Source of the DNA: the human T2T-CHM13v2.0 reference genome, Homo sapiens
Direction: 5' to 3' (one strand)
Length of the DNA stretch: 64,000 nucleotides
Assembly (NCBI RefSeq): GCF_009914755.1
Contig: NC_060939.1
Under the pieces are notes generated by a model, which worked only from the letters and a program-made list of their open reading frames with translations, was not told the origin of the DNA and did not search any database. Made by a program: the position numbers and the translations under genes. Positions 44,834-59,970 of this stretch are shown piece by piece (the first letter of the stretch is position 1; each line of letters starts with the position of its first letter).

Positions 44834-45623
44834 GTTTATGCATGCTTATGTATAAGTGAAATGAATAACAGTAATAATACCAAGGATAAGAGGAAGGAAT
44901 TGAGGTTAGGTTTTTACTATACAGTATTCACACTGCCCATAAAAGTTGCACAGTGTTATTTGAAAGTAGGCTTGGATTAGTTGTAAGTATTTATTGTAAA
45001 CTCTAAGAGCCATTAAAGGAAAATCATTTTTTAAAAAGTATACTTAATATGCTAAGAAAAGAGAGAAAATAGAATGATATAAAATGCTCAATTAAAACCA
45101 AAAAGGCAGAAAAAGAATGGAAGACAAAAAAAAAAAGGAAAAAATGACAGGGCAACAAATAGAAAACAGGAACAAATATGGTGGGTGTGAATCCAACTAT
45201 ATCAATAATCACTTTGAATATCAATGGTCTCAATGTACCAATTAAAAGACAGAGATTGTCAGAGTGGATCAAAAACCAAGACTCAACTATAAATGTTAGC
45301 TACAAGAAACCCACTTTAAATGTAAAAACTCATATAGATTAAAAGTAAATGTATGAAGAAAGATATACCATGCTAACACTAATCAAGAGAAAGCAGAAGT
45401 ACCTATGTTAATTTCAGACAAAGCAGACTTCAAAACAAAAAAAGATATCAGGGATAAAGACACCCTTCACAAAAATTAACTCAAAATGAATCACAGACCT
45501 AAATGTAAAATGCAAAACTAAAGCTTCTAGAAAATAATACACGAGAAAATCTAAATGACCTCTGCGTTGGCAATGACTTTTCAAATATAACACCAAAAGC
45601 ACAGTCCATGAAAAAAAGAGTAA

Positions 45624-45935
<312 letters not shown>

Positions 45936-46039
45936 TGGACTTCTTTAAAATTAAAATTTTTTCTCTGCAAAAGACAGTTCAAGAGAATGAAAAGACAAGC
46001 CACAGAATGAGTAAAAATATTTGCAAAAGACATATCTGA

Positions 46040-46427
<388 letters not shown>

Positions 46428-46699
46428 TAACAAACACCTCACCAAAGAAGATATACAGATGACAAATAACCATGACAAAAGATGCTTCACATCATATGTC
46501 ATCAGAAAAATCCAAATAAGAACAACAATGAGAAACCACTACATACCTATTAGAATGGCCAAAGTCCAGAACACTGACAAGACCAAATGCTGACAAGGAT
46601 GTGGAATGACAGGAACTTTCATTTATTGCTGGTGGAAATGCAAAACGGTCCAGCTTTTGGAAAACATTTGGCAGTTTCTTGCAAAATGAGTAATATCCT

Positions 46700-47000
<301 letters not shown>

Positions 47001-47789
47001 CTAATTATATCCTAACCATATGATCAAACAATCATACTCTTTGATATTACCTGAAGGATGTGTATAGAAGCTTCATTTATAATTGCCAAAACTCAGAAGC
47101 AACCAAGATGTCCTTCATGGGCAGATGGATAAACAAACTGTGGTACATTAGGTAATGGAACATTTTTCAGTGCCAAAAAGAAAATGAGCTATCAAGCCAT
47201 GAAAAGACATGAAGGAAATTTAAATGCATATTACTCAGTGAAAGGAGCCAATCTGAAAAGGCTACCTACTATGTGTTTCCAATTATATGACATTCTGGAA
47301 AAAGCAAAATTATGAAGACAGTAAAAAGATCAGTGGTTGTCAGGGATTGTGGGCAAAAGAGTGATGAATAGGTAGAACATGGAGGATTTTTAGGGCTGTG
47401 AAAATACTCTGTGTGATACTATAATAGTTAATACATATCATTAGACATTTGTCCAGATCCCTAGAGTATATACTAAGAGTGAACTCTAATGTAAGCCGTG
47501 GACTTTGGGTGATGATGTGTCAGTGTAGGTTCATCAGTTGTAACAAATGTACCAGTCTGATGGTTGGTGTTAATAATAGGGGAGGCTATGTATGTGTGGG
47601 ACAGAGGATATATAGGATATCTCTACACTTTCCTCCTCATTTTGCTGAGAACCTAAAACTGTTGTAAAAAAATATTTAATTAAAAAGTAAGCAAATAAAT
47701 AAAATAAGTTCAAGAGGAAAAAAAGAAATGTATTGCCTTCTCATAAAAATTTAGGCAGCGCAGAACTAGATCCTTCTAACTCATAGTTC

Positions 47790-48102
47790 TGCTGTCAACT
47801 GAGAGCTTTCAGTGTGTGCTCTAAGATGACTAATCCTTTCTGTCCATCACATCTGCATTTCAAAGAGAAAATTCTAAGAGAAGAGCAAGACTTTTCCCCC
47901 TCTACATCATTTCCTGGAAATTGCACACACTACCTCTGCTTATGTTCTGATAGAACGCAGTCATTGTTGCACCTAGCTGCAAGGGAGTCTGGAAAGTGTG
48001 GTCTGATTCTGAGCATCCAAGTGTCTGGCTAATATCTGAGGTATTTTTACTTACCAAGAAGATAAAAAAAGATGTTGATGCTTAATTGACAGTTTCTGCC
48101 AT
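47790..48102 (-). mobile_element. Old MaLR LTR fragment (MLT1I/J/K-like)
   Basis: gcacctagctgcaagggagtctggaaagtgtggtct motif. Confidence 0.6.
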
Positions 48103-49726
48103 GCTATTCATTGGAGGAGAGGAACCTTTCCACCTTCTTCTCTTGACATCCACCTCTGCAATACTGACATAAAGGATTTCAACCACTAATTCTCTCTTGG
48201 GCAAAGTACAGAGTTGCTCATCCTGACTGCGTTTTATACTTTCCTTGTGTATCTCTGGCTTTCCTTACCACCAATCTCAATATGCAACCTCCCTTCTCTT
48301 TTCATCCTCTTTGTTTATCTTGCCCCATTACCGCTGTGGCTCGTCCAACTGTGTTCATGACACCACATTCTGGCAACAAACTCTGGAAGGAGGGTAGAGA
48401 CCTTTCATGCTGACCTGACACTCAAGACCATCAATCCAGATGACCTCAGATGAGTTTTCCATCATCTCTCACATTTAACGCATATCACAGACTGAACCTA
48501 TCACCTATTTACCTTCAAGCAAACATTGAATCTCTGAAGTACAGACATGAATCCATTTTGATACCAAAGATACATTAAGAAATGATGAAAGAAAAACCAC
48601 TAATACAGAGAAAGATGTCTATTTAGCCTTTGTTTCTTTAAAAAATCAAGTCTAAACCCAATCTAAAAAGCTGTGATATGATCTCATCAGGCATTATGAA
48701 AGCAGTAGAAATGTATTTGGCATTTGCTTTACTGATGCATAAATCTAAATTTTGAAAAACGGTATTAGTTGAATGGCTTTCAGTAACACAGCTGCTAAGG
48801 TAAGGTCAGCAGTGGAATTTCTAATATAGCCTGATTTTTCTGTAGGGTAGACAGCAAAATAAGCCATTGCTTTCCGTACATTTTTCTCCCTATTTAGAAG
48901 TACAATTGAATGTCATTGGAAGAGATAATTTTTAAATGTATAAGAAAATCATTTATTTGTTAAGAAGCAGGGACAGTACCATAAAAAAGGGCCTTTTTCC
49001 TCAGAGCTATCCTCTCCTGAGCTACATTTTCCTATTATAACAGAATTAAAGTGACATACACATGAAATGTGTTCATTATACATCATGGATCGTACATAGT
49101 AGAAAATAGACTGTTCCAGAAACGCCAGTCTTGACTTGCCAGCCATCCAGTATCCTGAGGCCAGCATCACTTCTTAAACTTGTCTATCTCTTATTGGTCA
49201 AATATCTTTGTTTACAATGCGGATATACAACTTTGAGTTTAAGGAATTGGAAACAAATGCATGCATTTGGCGGAACTTATTTTACAAATGAGTCAAATTT
49301 AGTGGATCAACCTCCTGAGGTTTAAGAATATTTTGATTCACTGTCTTATGTGATCTTTTTCTTCATCTCTACATCCTCGGAAGAACTTCCCTAAATACAT
49401 TACTTTTCAAAGTTCTTTTGAGTTCAATTTATGTCTTCTGGATGTAACATTGTGCAGAGATCAGCCTCAAGGCCTCCCTGGATGATTCTGTTTATATTTA
49501 TTTGATTTAGTTTTATACTTTCTGCAGAGATGGAAGCATGCCCCCAAAATGGCCCTCGGCAATGTGTTCATCACTCAGTTTAAGCATAGGACATAATTGC
49601 TCCTTCACTTCCCAGCAGGCAAGGTCAGGCTGTAGCATCAACTGTGGGTTGGTCTTGTCTGCCATCATTGTAGCACTGGAAACTTGAGTGGTCACGGAAC
49701 TAGGGAGTTAGAAGCACAAGGATTTA

Positions 49727-50036
<310 letters not shown>

Positions 50037-52119
50037 AGCATTACCTTTGGCCCTATTAGCTTTTCTCAAGACACCTGCCCCCAATCTTTTCAGACTAAAA
50101 ACTAAGACACTTAAATCCGTACATGCTATGGTAGCCATTCACCCTTTCAATCTCAAGCTTTCTTGGGCCCACAGTTGTGTATGCCAGGTGGTTTAATGAG
50201 ACCTTGAGCTTCTCAAAAAACATGATGTCTGAATGCTATTTTTAATTTTTTAACTCAACAAACATTTATTGAACTCTCACTTATGGACAAATACAAATGA
50301 AGAGGTAGCTGAAGCCTTACATAAGAATTGTTCCTCTTGTGGCTTTTACCCTAATGTTCAAACTGAGAGTTAGCTTTGTTACCACCACTGCTCCCTTTGT
50401 GTTTAATTGGGTTTTGAAGGACCTGGAGGATTCCACCTGTGAAACAGACCCTGGGGCAATCAAAGAGAGAGTTGAGAAAACTGTTCAGAATCATAGAAGC
50501 AGGAAAGGGTATGATATATAGGAGGCACAATTAGCAATCCAGGGTCACTAGAGAATGAAAGGTGAGGGTAAGTGGGAAAGGCATGAAACTGGAGAATTGT
50601 GAATTCAGAATATATAGCTCATATAAAATAATAAGACATGAATTTCAGAGATAGAAGGATTGTAGATTTTTTCAGTCATTATTAAATAAAAGTCAAGGGT
50701 TACGTAATGAGATTCACCAAAGCTATACTGCTTGTACTGTCTTGTTGGTATCATGAAAAGGAAATAACTTTAACAAGCAATGAAAAGACCACATCTGGGC
50801 AATTTCTCTGGCTTCCACTATTGGTATGAGCCTCACATCACCAAAAACCAATTGGAAGGCAGCAATTATGCTTACAATCTAAAGCTCTATCATCATCATC
50901 AGAATCACTTCCTCTACATGTTGCTAATTCAGAACAGACACAACATGGGCTCTTTATATGGCCAAAGAGGAATTAACGTTATCTCAGGCTTCGTCCAGGT
51001 CCAGAGAGATTTCCATTTTGTAGCACATTTTCTATAATTTACTGTAGAGGCCTAAATAGAGCATTGCAACTTTAAAGAGGAGAAGTCAAGGGCATTTAGG
51101 ATATTGGATAATCAGAGAAGGACTAATGTTCACTGGATCCAAAGGTCCAGGTGCTGTTCTTTGTCTTGGCTTGTCAGGATGCTCCAAGGGAGAAGTGGGT
51201 CAAATTCTAAGGGTCCTTGCTGCATGGCTCATTGATGTAACCAGGGTAAGAGAAACGGATCTTCTTGGTCTTATCTCCATGTCCAATGAGGACACTGTCT
51301 AGTATGAAAGCAGCCAATATTTTTCCACGTGATTTGGAGTGGCTCATGAATTGTAAAAGATGTGGATGTTGGCTGCATGAAAAGACAACAGTTATTTTAA
51401 GACTGTAGTTGGACTATGCTTGATGAAAAGGGCCCAAAGCCATAAAGATCCAGAAATATAACATCATCTTTGAAATTAGCAAATGGTTGATTGCTTTGAG
51501 TGCCATCACTGAAGGTCCCCAATGTCTTGGTAGGTCCGTTCAGTAGAGGCATTAAAATAATCATGAACTTTTTTGTGTTTGTCTCTCTTTCAGTGAGCTA
51601 TTTCCTCCGCTAGCACTCAGGCCTTCTGGGACAAGCCAATTATGAAATAAAACCATACATATTCTCAGGGCTGAGAATACCCAAGGGTCCTGTGGGGGTG
51701 AGGGTGGAGCAATGATTAAATAAATGCACCCTTGGATGAGATCCCATTATAAATGGGCCCCACAGTTTAATGGGTTATTGAGCCATAAAAGAATCTTTGA
51801 TGAATGAGTACCATTTTACCTCTACACATGTTTCTTCTGACATCCACTATCCTGTTATCCTCCCCACCCCTACGGCCCTGCAACATCACCATCCCTAACC
51901 CCTCTTTCTTCCTACATCCCACCTCATTCTCTGATTTGCCCATAACCAGCAGGTTAGAAGACCTTAAACTCAAGAGTGAGACAATATGATCTATGCCTGG
52001 TGTTACTGTCTACAGTTTTGTTTTAGTAGGGACTGGGGAGGTCCAATTGAGGGAAACATCTAGGGTTTGGCCTCTGAAAATAGGAGCTAAAGAGAAACAA
52101 TGTCACCTGCTAAAAAGGA

Positions 52120-52325
52120 TAAAGCTGGGGTGTCAGAAGGGCCTGGGTACAAATGTCAACTCAGCCACTTATAAACTGTGATATGAAAGTAATAGCATAT
52201 CTACGATCTTCAGTTTCCTTGTCTGTAAACTGAATATAATAAAGGATTATTATAAAAATTACAAAGAATATATATTATATATGGCACATGGCAGGTATGT
52301 GATAAAGATGAATTATTATTTTACC
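52120..52325 (+). mobile_element. MIR
   Basis: cttcagtttccttgtctgtaaactg; ggcacatggcaggt. Confidence 0.7.
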
Positions 52326-53174
52326 ATTACTAGCATCATCAGGGCTGAAGACCGAGCTAAAGATACCAAGCTCAAAGGAAAGTCCAAAGAATAGGAAGAG
52401 AATTTTTTAATAGTAGACAAAGCCAAGAATCTGAACAAGAGTGAACTGACCCCTAGGCGGTGTGAAAGACATTGAAGCTGGAGTATGGATGGTCTGTTAA
52501 CCTTGGCCTCAAGTCACATGATGTGTGACTGGCTCAGGCTTGTTCATAGTTATAGAGTGGGGTCAACACTCCACCAGTGGGTGAGGTTTGGAAGTCATCT
52601 CACTTCCCCAAACCCAGGATGCATCTTGTGTGATGGGAGCTCCTGGGTACCATCCATCCATGAAGACACCATCTTTCTCTTCTCTCCCCTCCTCTGGAAC
52701 TGGGCTTCTTTGTACATGAGGCAAAGAACAGACAATAGAACCCAGTCCTCTTGGTAACAGATCCAAATTTAGTTCTTTTGAAGAAGGATTTATACTACTT
52801 CATTCATTTAAACATAAATATGAGGGAAGATAGAATCTCAGGTAGAAATGAGAGATGAAACTCTGATGAGGAGAAAAAAGCATCAAGGACTAAAAATCAA
52901 ACACAGAAAGGAGGTTACTGGCTTCTTACATTCAGTACTTATGAATCTTGGATTTAGAAAGGAAATGTCCTCATTGCCAAAATGAAGAATGGACTTTAAG
53001 CAACCACTGACCCAAGGCAAGAAACTAAAGCCTTCTCTTCCTGCATTTCCTCATCTGTAAGATGAAAAAGCACTGATCTAGACTCAACTAAAAATCGCAT
53101 TGAATTTTAAGTACAAAAAAGCCACGGTGTTTTTTGAAGGGCTATGTGATGGCTGAAGATTAATACAAATATTC

Positions 53175-53380
53175 AAACATTTATTTTCTGCTACATGCTT
53201 GGCACTGTGTTAAGCATTTTTTTACTTTAATTGCCCCTCTTAATCTTCATGACAATGAAGGCAGTGTATATTATCAACTTCACTTGACTGAGAACAAACT
53301 TAAAGCTAGAAAAATTAAAGGAATGTGCCCAAATTCACACAGCTAGAAAATGAAAGTGCTGGAAGTCCAAACCCTGGTGC
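53175..53380 (-). mobile_element. MIR
   Basis: ggcactgtgttaagcattt...taatcttcatgacaa...gcccaaattcacacagctag. Confidence 0.75.
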
Positions 53381-53945
53381 ATTCATGCATTTACTCAGCA
53401 AGTATTGATTACACATCTGTGATGTCCCAGACACTGTGCTAAGTACCTAGGTGCCAGGGTGATCAAAAACAGATACGTTCTTTGACGTCCATCTACCAAA
53501 GAAAATGAATAGGAATTAGTTACCCCAACACACATTAGAAAAGCAACAAACAGAGGGAGAAGAAGAAGAGTTACATGGCACTTGGGGAACCAACAATGGG
53601 ATTTGACCTGGTCAGGAAGGTTGAGCAAGGCTCCCCTGAAGTGCCTTGAGTTGAGAGTTTCGAGTGAAGATAGGAGGGAAGAACATTATGAGCGAAGGGA
53701 ACAACAGAAACTGCATGTGCAAAAGTCCTGTAGCAGGAGGGATCATGAGTACTATGGGGGTCAAGCGAAGGCCAATATGACTGATGCCAAGACAGCAAGA
53801 GAAGCAACATACAAAAATGCAGATGGAGAGAGGCACAGGACCAGGCAGGCCATGCAGAGCCTTGTGTGCCAAAGTGAGGAATTTCACCTTCCTCCTAAGA
53901 GCAATGGAACCCCACTGAAAAGTTATAAGCAGGAAAACATTGAGC
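53381..53945 (-). mobile_element. L2 (L2a-like)
   Basis: attcatgcatttactcagcaagtattgatt...ggccatgcagagccttgtgtgcc...gcaatggaaccccactgaaaagttataagcagg. Confidence 0.8.
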
Positions 53946-54924
53946 TACCAAATTAGATACAAATTGTCTTCTTTATTTTGCCAGTGAAAATGACATCAAT
54001 TAAACACCAATCTAACGGAGAGGGAAGGAAACAGAAGAAAGAGGACAGTGTCTTAGGCTTTTTCTTCTTGAGGGTGTTGACCTAACCGCAGATCATTAAC
54101 AATAGGGTAAATAGCATACAGTGAAAAATATGAAGTGAAAATCCACAAGGGGTCCAGTGTGGCTTCTAAAATGCTTTGCCAGTGGAAATCTTGCACTAGT
54201 TCTCAGTCATTCTTAAAACACAGTTACAGGAGAAACAGATGAGTTTGCCTTCCTTTGTCTATAAACCAACAGATTTAAGGAGCCTACTCACCCAATGTGG
54301 TGGTTAGTAAGATTAAACACATATAAATCATACACACCAATGCCTAACTTTTGATATCCTGCATTTTAAGTTATTGCAAGTGTTCTGAATGGTGTGTGGA
54401 AAATTTTCTCTCTGTTGACGGATGCCAGGCACCTTTAAATATAGAAGTATCCTCCTAGAAGGAATAAATTAATAAAATGAGGCACATCAAAGGTAGGTTT
54501 TATGTATTTTATTGAAGTAAACATGTTCATCAGCTCTGAGAAAGAACTGTGGCATAAGAAAAAGGGCTTGAGCACCCAAGATTTTCAACCATTTCTAGGA
54601 AAACCAGAAGTATTGTGCTCACTTATGGTGACTGAACAGACTATTCAGGTTTTATGATTATTAATAAGGTTTTGAACTAAAGAACTTTTCTTATAGATTA
54701 AAAAGGAAAAGAACCTCAATTTCAGTTCCCTCTATTTTGGAAAGGACAAAGCTCTTCACACAGATCTTAAAAGAAGCAGAAATGGAAGGGAAACCAGGAA
54801 CATTCTAGAAAATAAGTCTTTCATTAATTTGGACTCTTTACAGCAGAAGAAACATAAGATAAGGCCATCTTTGTGATCCCTATATGCTCTGTTTACAGAT
54901 CTGATACTCACATATCACCCTTTG

Positions 54925-55292
54925 CAACACTTCTAACAAACGGAATACCCTGGAAGTGACAAGATGTGGCTCTCTGTGTGGAACACTTACTCTGGGGAAA
55001 GCCAGCTGCCTTATGAGGTGACTCAGGTACCCTTACAGAGAGGGCTTTATGGTGAAGGGCTAAGGCTTCCAGCCAGCAGCTATGTGAGGGCACCATCTTG
55101 GAAGCAGATCTTTCAGCCTCAGTCCAGCCTTCAGATGACTCTGCAACTCCAGCCATCAGCTTGAGTGGCCCTGAGCAAGAACCAACCAGCTTAAATGGCT
55201 CCCAAGTTCCTGGCCTATAGAAACAAAGATAAGAAGGTTTGTTTCAAGCCTGTAAGTTTTAAGGCTTACATAGCAATAGATAACTGATAAAC
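54925..55292 (+). mobile_element. MLT1F/G-like LTR (3' part)
   Basis: ccatcttggaagcagatc..cagcctcagtccagccttcagatgac...catagcaatagataactgata. Confidence 0.8.
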
Positions 55293-55894
55293 GGTATAAT
55301 AATAGTAAAAAACTACAAACACGTATTGAGTTTACCGAAATATAATCTCCTGGTAGAAAGGAATCATGTCTATTTATCTTGCCATTGGCACCTCAGGGCT
55401 TGGCACAAAGCCAGTGCTTAATACATATGTGGTGATTCAGTAAAAGTGTAAGACCTTAGTCACATGGCTGATATATTACGTACTTTACACATATTTCCTA
55501 ATTTAATTCTCCCAGCTACTCTATGAAATATATTTATTATCCTTATTTACAATCTGAGGCTTTGCAAGATTATATAACTAGATTCCTGAATCTCTGACTC
55601 CAGACCCACGGACAGGGTCTAGTCATGCTGATGTATGTTTTTGCACTTGCTGTGCAATCAGCTGGAGACACGGTATCCCTGCAGCTCTCGAGACTTAGAA
55701 CTCTGACCATGGAACCAAAATGTGTCAACACTCCTGTGGAGACTGTAGCCAGCTTATGCTTCTGCGGGAAAGCAGAAGGAGCTCAGCTAGTTAGGATGGG
55801 AAGATACAAGTCAGCTTCTAGAGGGGAAGGATGGGCAGGACCTGCACAAGGTAAATAGAAACAAGCTAGTGTCCCTCTCAGCAGATCCTCCCTC

Positions 55895-55906
55895 CCTCTA
55901 GGTGGC
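55895..55906 (+). promoter_or_regulatory. Candidate CTCF core motif
   Basis: CCTCTAGGTGGC fits the CTCF core; motif match only. Confidence 0.35.
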
Positions 55907-56996
55907 TTCACACAAGTCTCGTCTCTGCCATTGGCAGCAACCTTTTAGGCTGGTTCAAAACCAAAGAAACAAAGTGCCCAGGTCTGTGCAGGTTTCACAA
56001 GACATCACCTGGATTCTCCAAACACAGCACACTCTGGGGATTAAGTTCTTGGATCCAAGACCCTGGATCACATTCCTGACCCCTCACTAAGCCCTGAGGG
56101 AAAAATGTTGAGTTGTTGAAAATGAGGTTAAAAGGGATTGAACTACCAAATCCAATCAACATTCAACATATACTGAACACTAACCACACTTTTGAGTAAC
56201 TAAATATGTAGTTTGTTGGTGGTAAACTGGTTTATTGTTTTAAAACATAAAAATCTGGAGTATTGATAAAATTTATTAAGAGCATGAAGGTTTCCTTTTG
56301 TGCTGTTTTAGGGCTTTTAGCTTCATTTCATAAAATATTGTGGCTCTAGGATGAGATAAAATTAAACTTGGAAATAATCTTACCAGTATTTGCCCTTACA
56401 ATTCTATCTAGTCCTACATTGAGGATGGCTATTTTTTTCTGAAAATTAAGTTTTAAATAGAGTTCCAGAAGCCAGTATGCCCCATGAGAGAATCTCAAGG
56501 TAATGTATCTTAATTTCCCCCAATAAACAGCTTATTTTTCTGGTGGAAAGAGAGGAAAATGGGAAACACATTTTAAATTTTTTGTAGTTTTAAATTACTA
56601 TGAATACATAATACTTGTACATATTTATTTTTATGTCAAAATAATTTTAGAAAAATAATGACTCAGAAAGAAGCTCATATAAATTCAGGGAAAAGGCAGA
56701 TTACTAAAAAGTATGTATATTATGATGCTCTCACATTAAATATAGAGAGAGAAATATTTATGTTTACATATAGAAAAGACTAGGATAAACACTAAATATT
56801 AGCTTTGCCCTCCATTTACCCTCCTTCTGTTTCTTTCTTCCAGTGCCTATAAGTGCCTACTATGTATCAGGCACCATCCTAGGCTTCAGGTCCCAGAGAT
56901 AAGGCTCAGGTTTGCCCTCAAGTAGCTCATAGTTCAGTGAGAAAGTCAGCAAAGTCAACAAATGCTTGGGAAAAAAACCAGACTTATAAAAGGCAG

Positions 56997-57408
56997 TGAT
57001 ATGCTTTGGATCTGTGTCCCCACCCAAATCTCATGTTCAATTGTAATCCTCAGTGTTGGAGATGGGGCCTGATGGGAGGTGATTGGATCATGGGGGTGGA
57101 TACTTCATGAATGGTTTAGCACCATCCTCTCAGTGCTGTTCTCATCATGGTGAGTGAGTTCTCACAAGATCTGGTTGTTTAAAAGTGTGTAGCACCTCCC
57201 ACCCACCTTGCTCCTGCTCTGGCCATAATGGGCCTACTTTCCCTTCGCCTTCTGCCATGATTGTAAGTTCCCTGCGGCCTCCCCTGAAGCTGATGCTGCC
57301 ATGCTTCCTGTACAGCCTGCAGAACCATGAGCCTATTAAACCTCTTTTCTTTATAAATTACCCCATCTCAGGCATTTCTTTATAGCAGTGCAAGAACAGA
57401 TTAATACA
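56997..57408 (+). mobile_element. MSTA MaLR solo LTR
   Basis: tgatatgctttggatctgtgtccccacccaaatctcatg...gattaataca; perfect 5-bp TSD ggcag (56992-56996, 57409-57413). Confidence 0.93.
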
Positions 57409-57660
57409 GGCAGTATAGCATACTGGTTCTTAGAAGCTGCTTTTGTGATCAGCAGATAGACCTGACGACAAACCATAGTTTTACACTTCCTAGCTTAAGC
57501 AAATTATCTCATTTCTCTAAGCTTCAATGCTCTTGCTTGCAAGTGGGGATAAAAATAGCTACCCCATAGATAATTGTAAGGGATAGAAGGAATCATATGA
57601 ATACGAAGCACGCAGCATGAGAGTTGCCCATAGTAAGCACTCAATAAATGGCTTCCATTG
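57409..57660 (+). mobile_element. MIR
   Basis: ggcagtatagcatactggtt...catagtaagcactcaataaatgg. Confidence 0.75.
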
Positions 57661-58119
57661 ACTTTATCACAGAGGGCATAGTGCAAGCCTAGAGGAGGCT
57701 AAAAGGCTCATAAAGATCAAAATCCCTGAGCTGATCATCCTATGATTAACCCTAAATAGGTAATGATAAATCACAAACACAGGGTTTGTGTTCTATATCG
57801 ACCCAATCATTGGGCAAAACCTGCCACTGTTATCTTACAAAAATTTCCGGAATCTACATCACCAAACTCCTGTCTAAAAAGAACATTCGTTTTTTTCCCC
57901 AAAGCTTTTAGCTTCACTCATGTTTATTGCCCCTTCCAAAGGGTCCCAGGGCAGCCCCCAACAGACAGCAAAGCCAAAAACAGCTCAAAGGCATCCACCA
58001 GAGGCCCCAGAAGGCTGACTTCTCACATTTCTTCCTTTTTTCTTTCTGCTTTTTCTAGCCATTTCACTGGAAAATGTAATTCCTACCATAATTAAAAGAG
58101 TTCTGAATCTTACTTTCTT

Positions 58120-58365
58120 GAGAGGTAGCATAGTGTGAGAGAGAAAACCCAGCCCTCAGAGTCAGCCAGTCCTGAGTCTGAATCCCATGGCTCAGAGCCC
58201 AGAAACCTTGAGCGAATAACGCATGCCAGTCTCTGTCCTCATGTTTCTGCATAACAGTGAAAAGAACTATCTTGTGGATTTGGTGCGGACATGAAAGGAA
58301 GGTCACTTATGGAAGGTCACTCACTGAGTAACCAAAACTTGGCACATGCTCAATAAATGTTGGTT
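58120..58365 (+). mobile_element. MIR
   Basis: gaggtagcatagtg...cctgagtctgaatccc...tgctcaataaatgttgg. Confidence 0.7.
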
Positions 58366-59269
58366 TTCTTTTTTTGTCAATAAAAATGATATGTTGACTG
58401 TATTTACACACAAATTTTGTAACTGTCACTTAATGCCAATATGCCCTCATTCTCTCATTGTGTGTATTCAAATGCAGAGTAAATAAGCCTTTCAGATGCT
58501 TTTAAAGTTGAAACCCTACTGAATTGATTACGTTTTGAGGGGAGAATGTGCATCTATCATTCATTTTTAGCATAATCAGACAATACTGACAAGAGGTGAA
58601 ATGAAAACAACATTGCTCAAATTGGTTGAGCTCCATTAATTACCATTACCCAAAAGTCTGAGTGAAAATTCAGCTCAGCTAAATGACACTATTCCCATTA
58701 GAAATCATATTAAAATTTTGCAACTGAAGGGTTAATATACCCCAAGGTATCTTTTTTGAATAGGCCAGGTTTTGTCAATTTGCCTCTGCAATTTCTAAAG
58801 TATCTTTATCCTTATATCCATCCTCTCTGTAGCCTCCCAAAATAAAGAGTTAAATCTCTGTCTTCAATAATCACAAAACCTTTTAACTATTCACCCCTGG
58901 ATTCTGTCTCCTCACTACTATCTATCTGAAACACAGAAGCCAGAGTAACACTTCCATTTTCACATCAGCATCTGGTAAATAGCCACTGATCCAGTCTCCC
59001 CAGTGATACCCTGTCAGTCTAGCTGCTCCACCATCCTTCCTCTCTCTAGACTTCAAGTTCAAGGAGCTTAATGCATCAGGGCACCTTGCCCTGCACCAAC
59101 TCTAGTTAATTCATGTCCAGGCTGGCTGTCCCTATATGCTTATAAGCTTTGGATACTGCCTATGATCCACCAAATAAAGTCGAGATCCCTTGGCATGGTA
59201 TCAAGGATTCTCATAATGGGATACCATTTTCACCCTTATTTACAAATAATACGAATGATATCCTAAACT

Positions 59270-59425
59270 AGGATATCTCAACACTTAGTATGCACACGAA
59301 TCATTTGGGGATCTTGCTTAAACTTTAGATTCTGATTTAGTCAGGTCAGAGTGAGGGCCTGAGATCCTGCATTCCTGACAAGGGGATGTTGATGCTGCTT
59401 TTCCACAGGCCACAACTGGAATGCC
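59270..59425 (+). mobile_element. MER5A (hAT-Charlie MITE)
   Basis: gaatcatttggggatcttgcttaaa...gattctgatttagt...gggcctgagatcctgcatt; orientation tentative. Confidence 0.75.
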
Positions 59426-59923
59426 CTCTGGTCTTAGTTAATTGGTTGATACCTCAAAGCCAAGCTCAAATGCAACCTCCTCACTAAAATTTTCTCTGAT
59501 TTTCTGAAGTAAATACGAACTATTTCTCCCTGGAATTCTTGTATGTTTGATTGGGAAATCAATCACCAAACACGCCCAACTAGCAGAGTTTTCATATACA
59601 TTTCCATTTTAGGACAAATTTTATTGTTTCCCTCTAAGTTGACCCAAGCATACCTTTAAATGATCTGCACATTCATGATTAATTCTGCACAGTAATTAAA
59701 GTACTACAAGAAGCTCCCATTCATTCAGGGTAAAATAACCAGAAAAATGTGAACAACCTAAACGGTGCAGAATTGCATGATAATAATTTATGTTCATAGT
59801 AATAACCCAGAGGCATAGGGAGCCTAAAATAGCTTCTGGATCATCAAAGAAAGATTAAAATTATGTTCGGCATATTTTAGTGTTAAGTGAAATTGTGTTC
59901 TAATTCTCTGAAAACTGACATGG

Positions 59924-59933
59924 GTGTGTGTGT

Positions 59934-59967
<34 letters not shown>
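59924..59967. repeat. (TG)n microsatellite
   Basis: Direct inspection. Confidence 0.95.

Positions 59968-59970
<3 letters not shown>

Noticed and set aside
50322-51372. Minus-strand acceptor-flanked open stretches (~50322-50452 SVSQVESSRSF...; ~51100-51372 ...SVLIGHGDKTKKIRFSYPG) as further exons of the putative pseudogene
   Set aside because: Donors weak or absent, phases inconsistent, stops present, no recognisable homology; indistinguishable from chance without alignments
58297-58321. AGGTCA direct repeat (8-nt spacer) as a nuclear-receptor element
   Set aside because: By-product of a 14-bp duplication inside a MIR, with no supporting context
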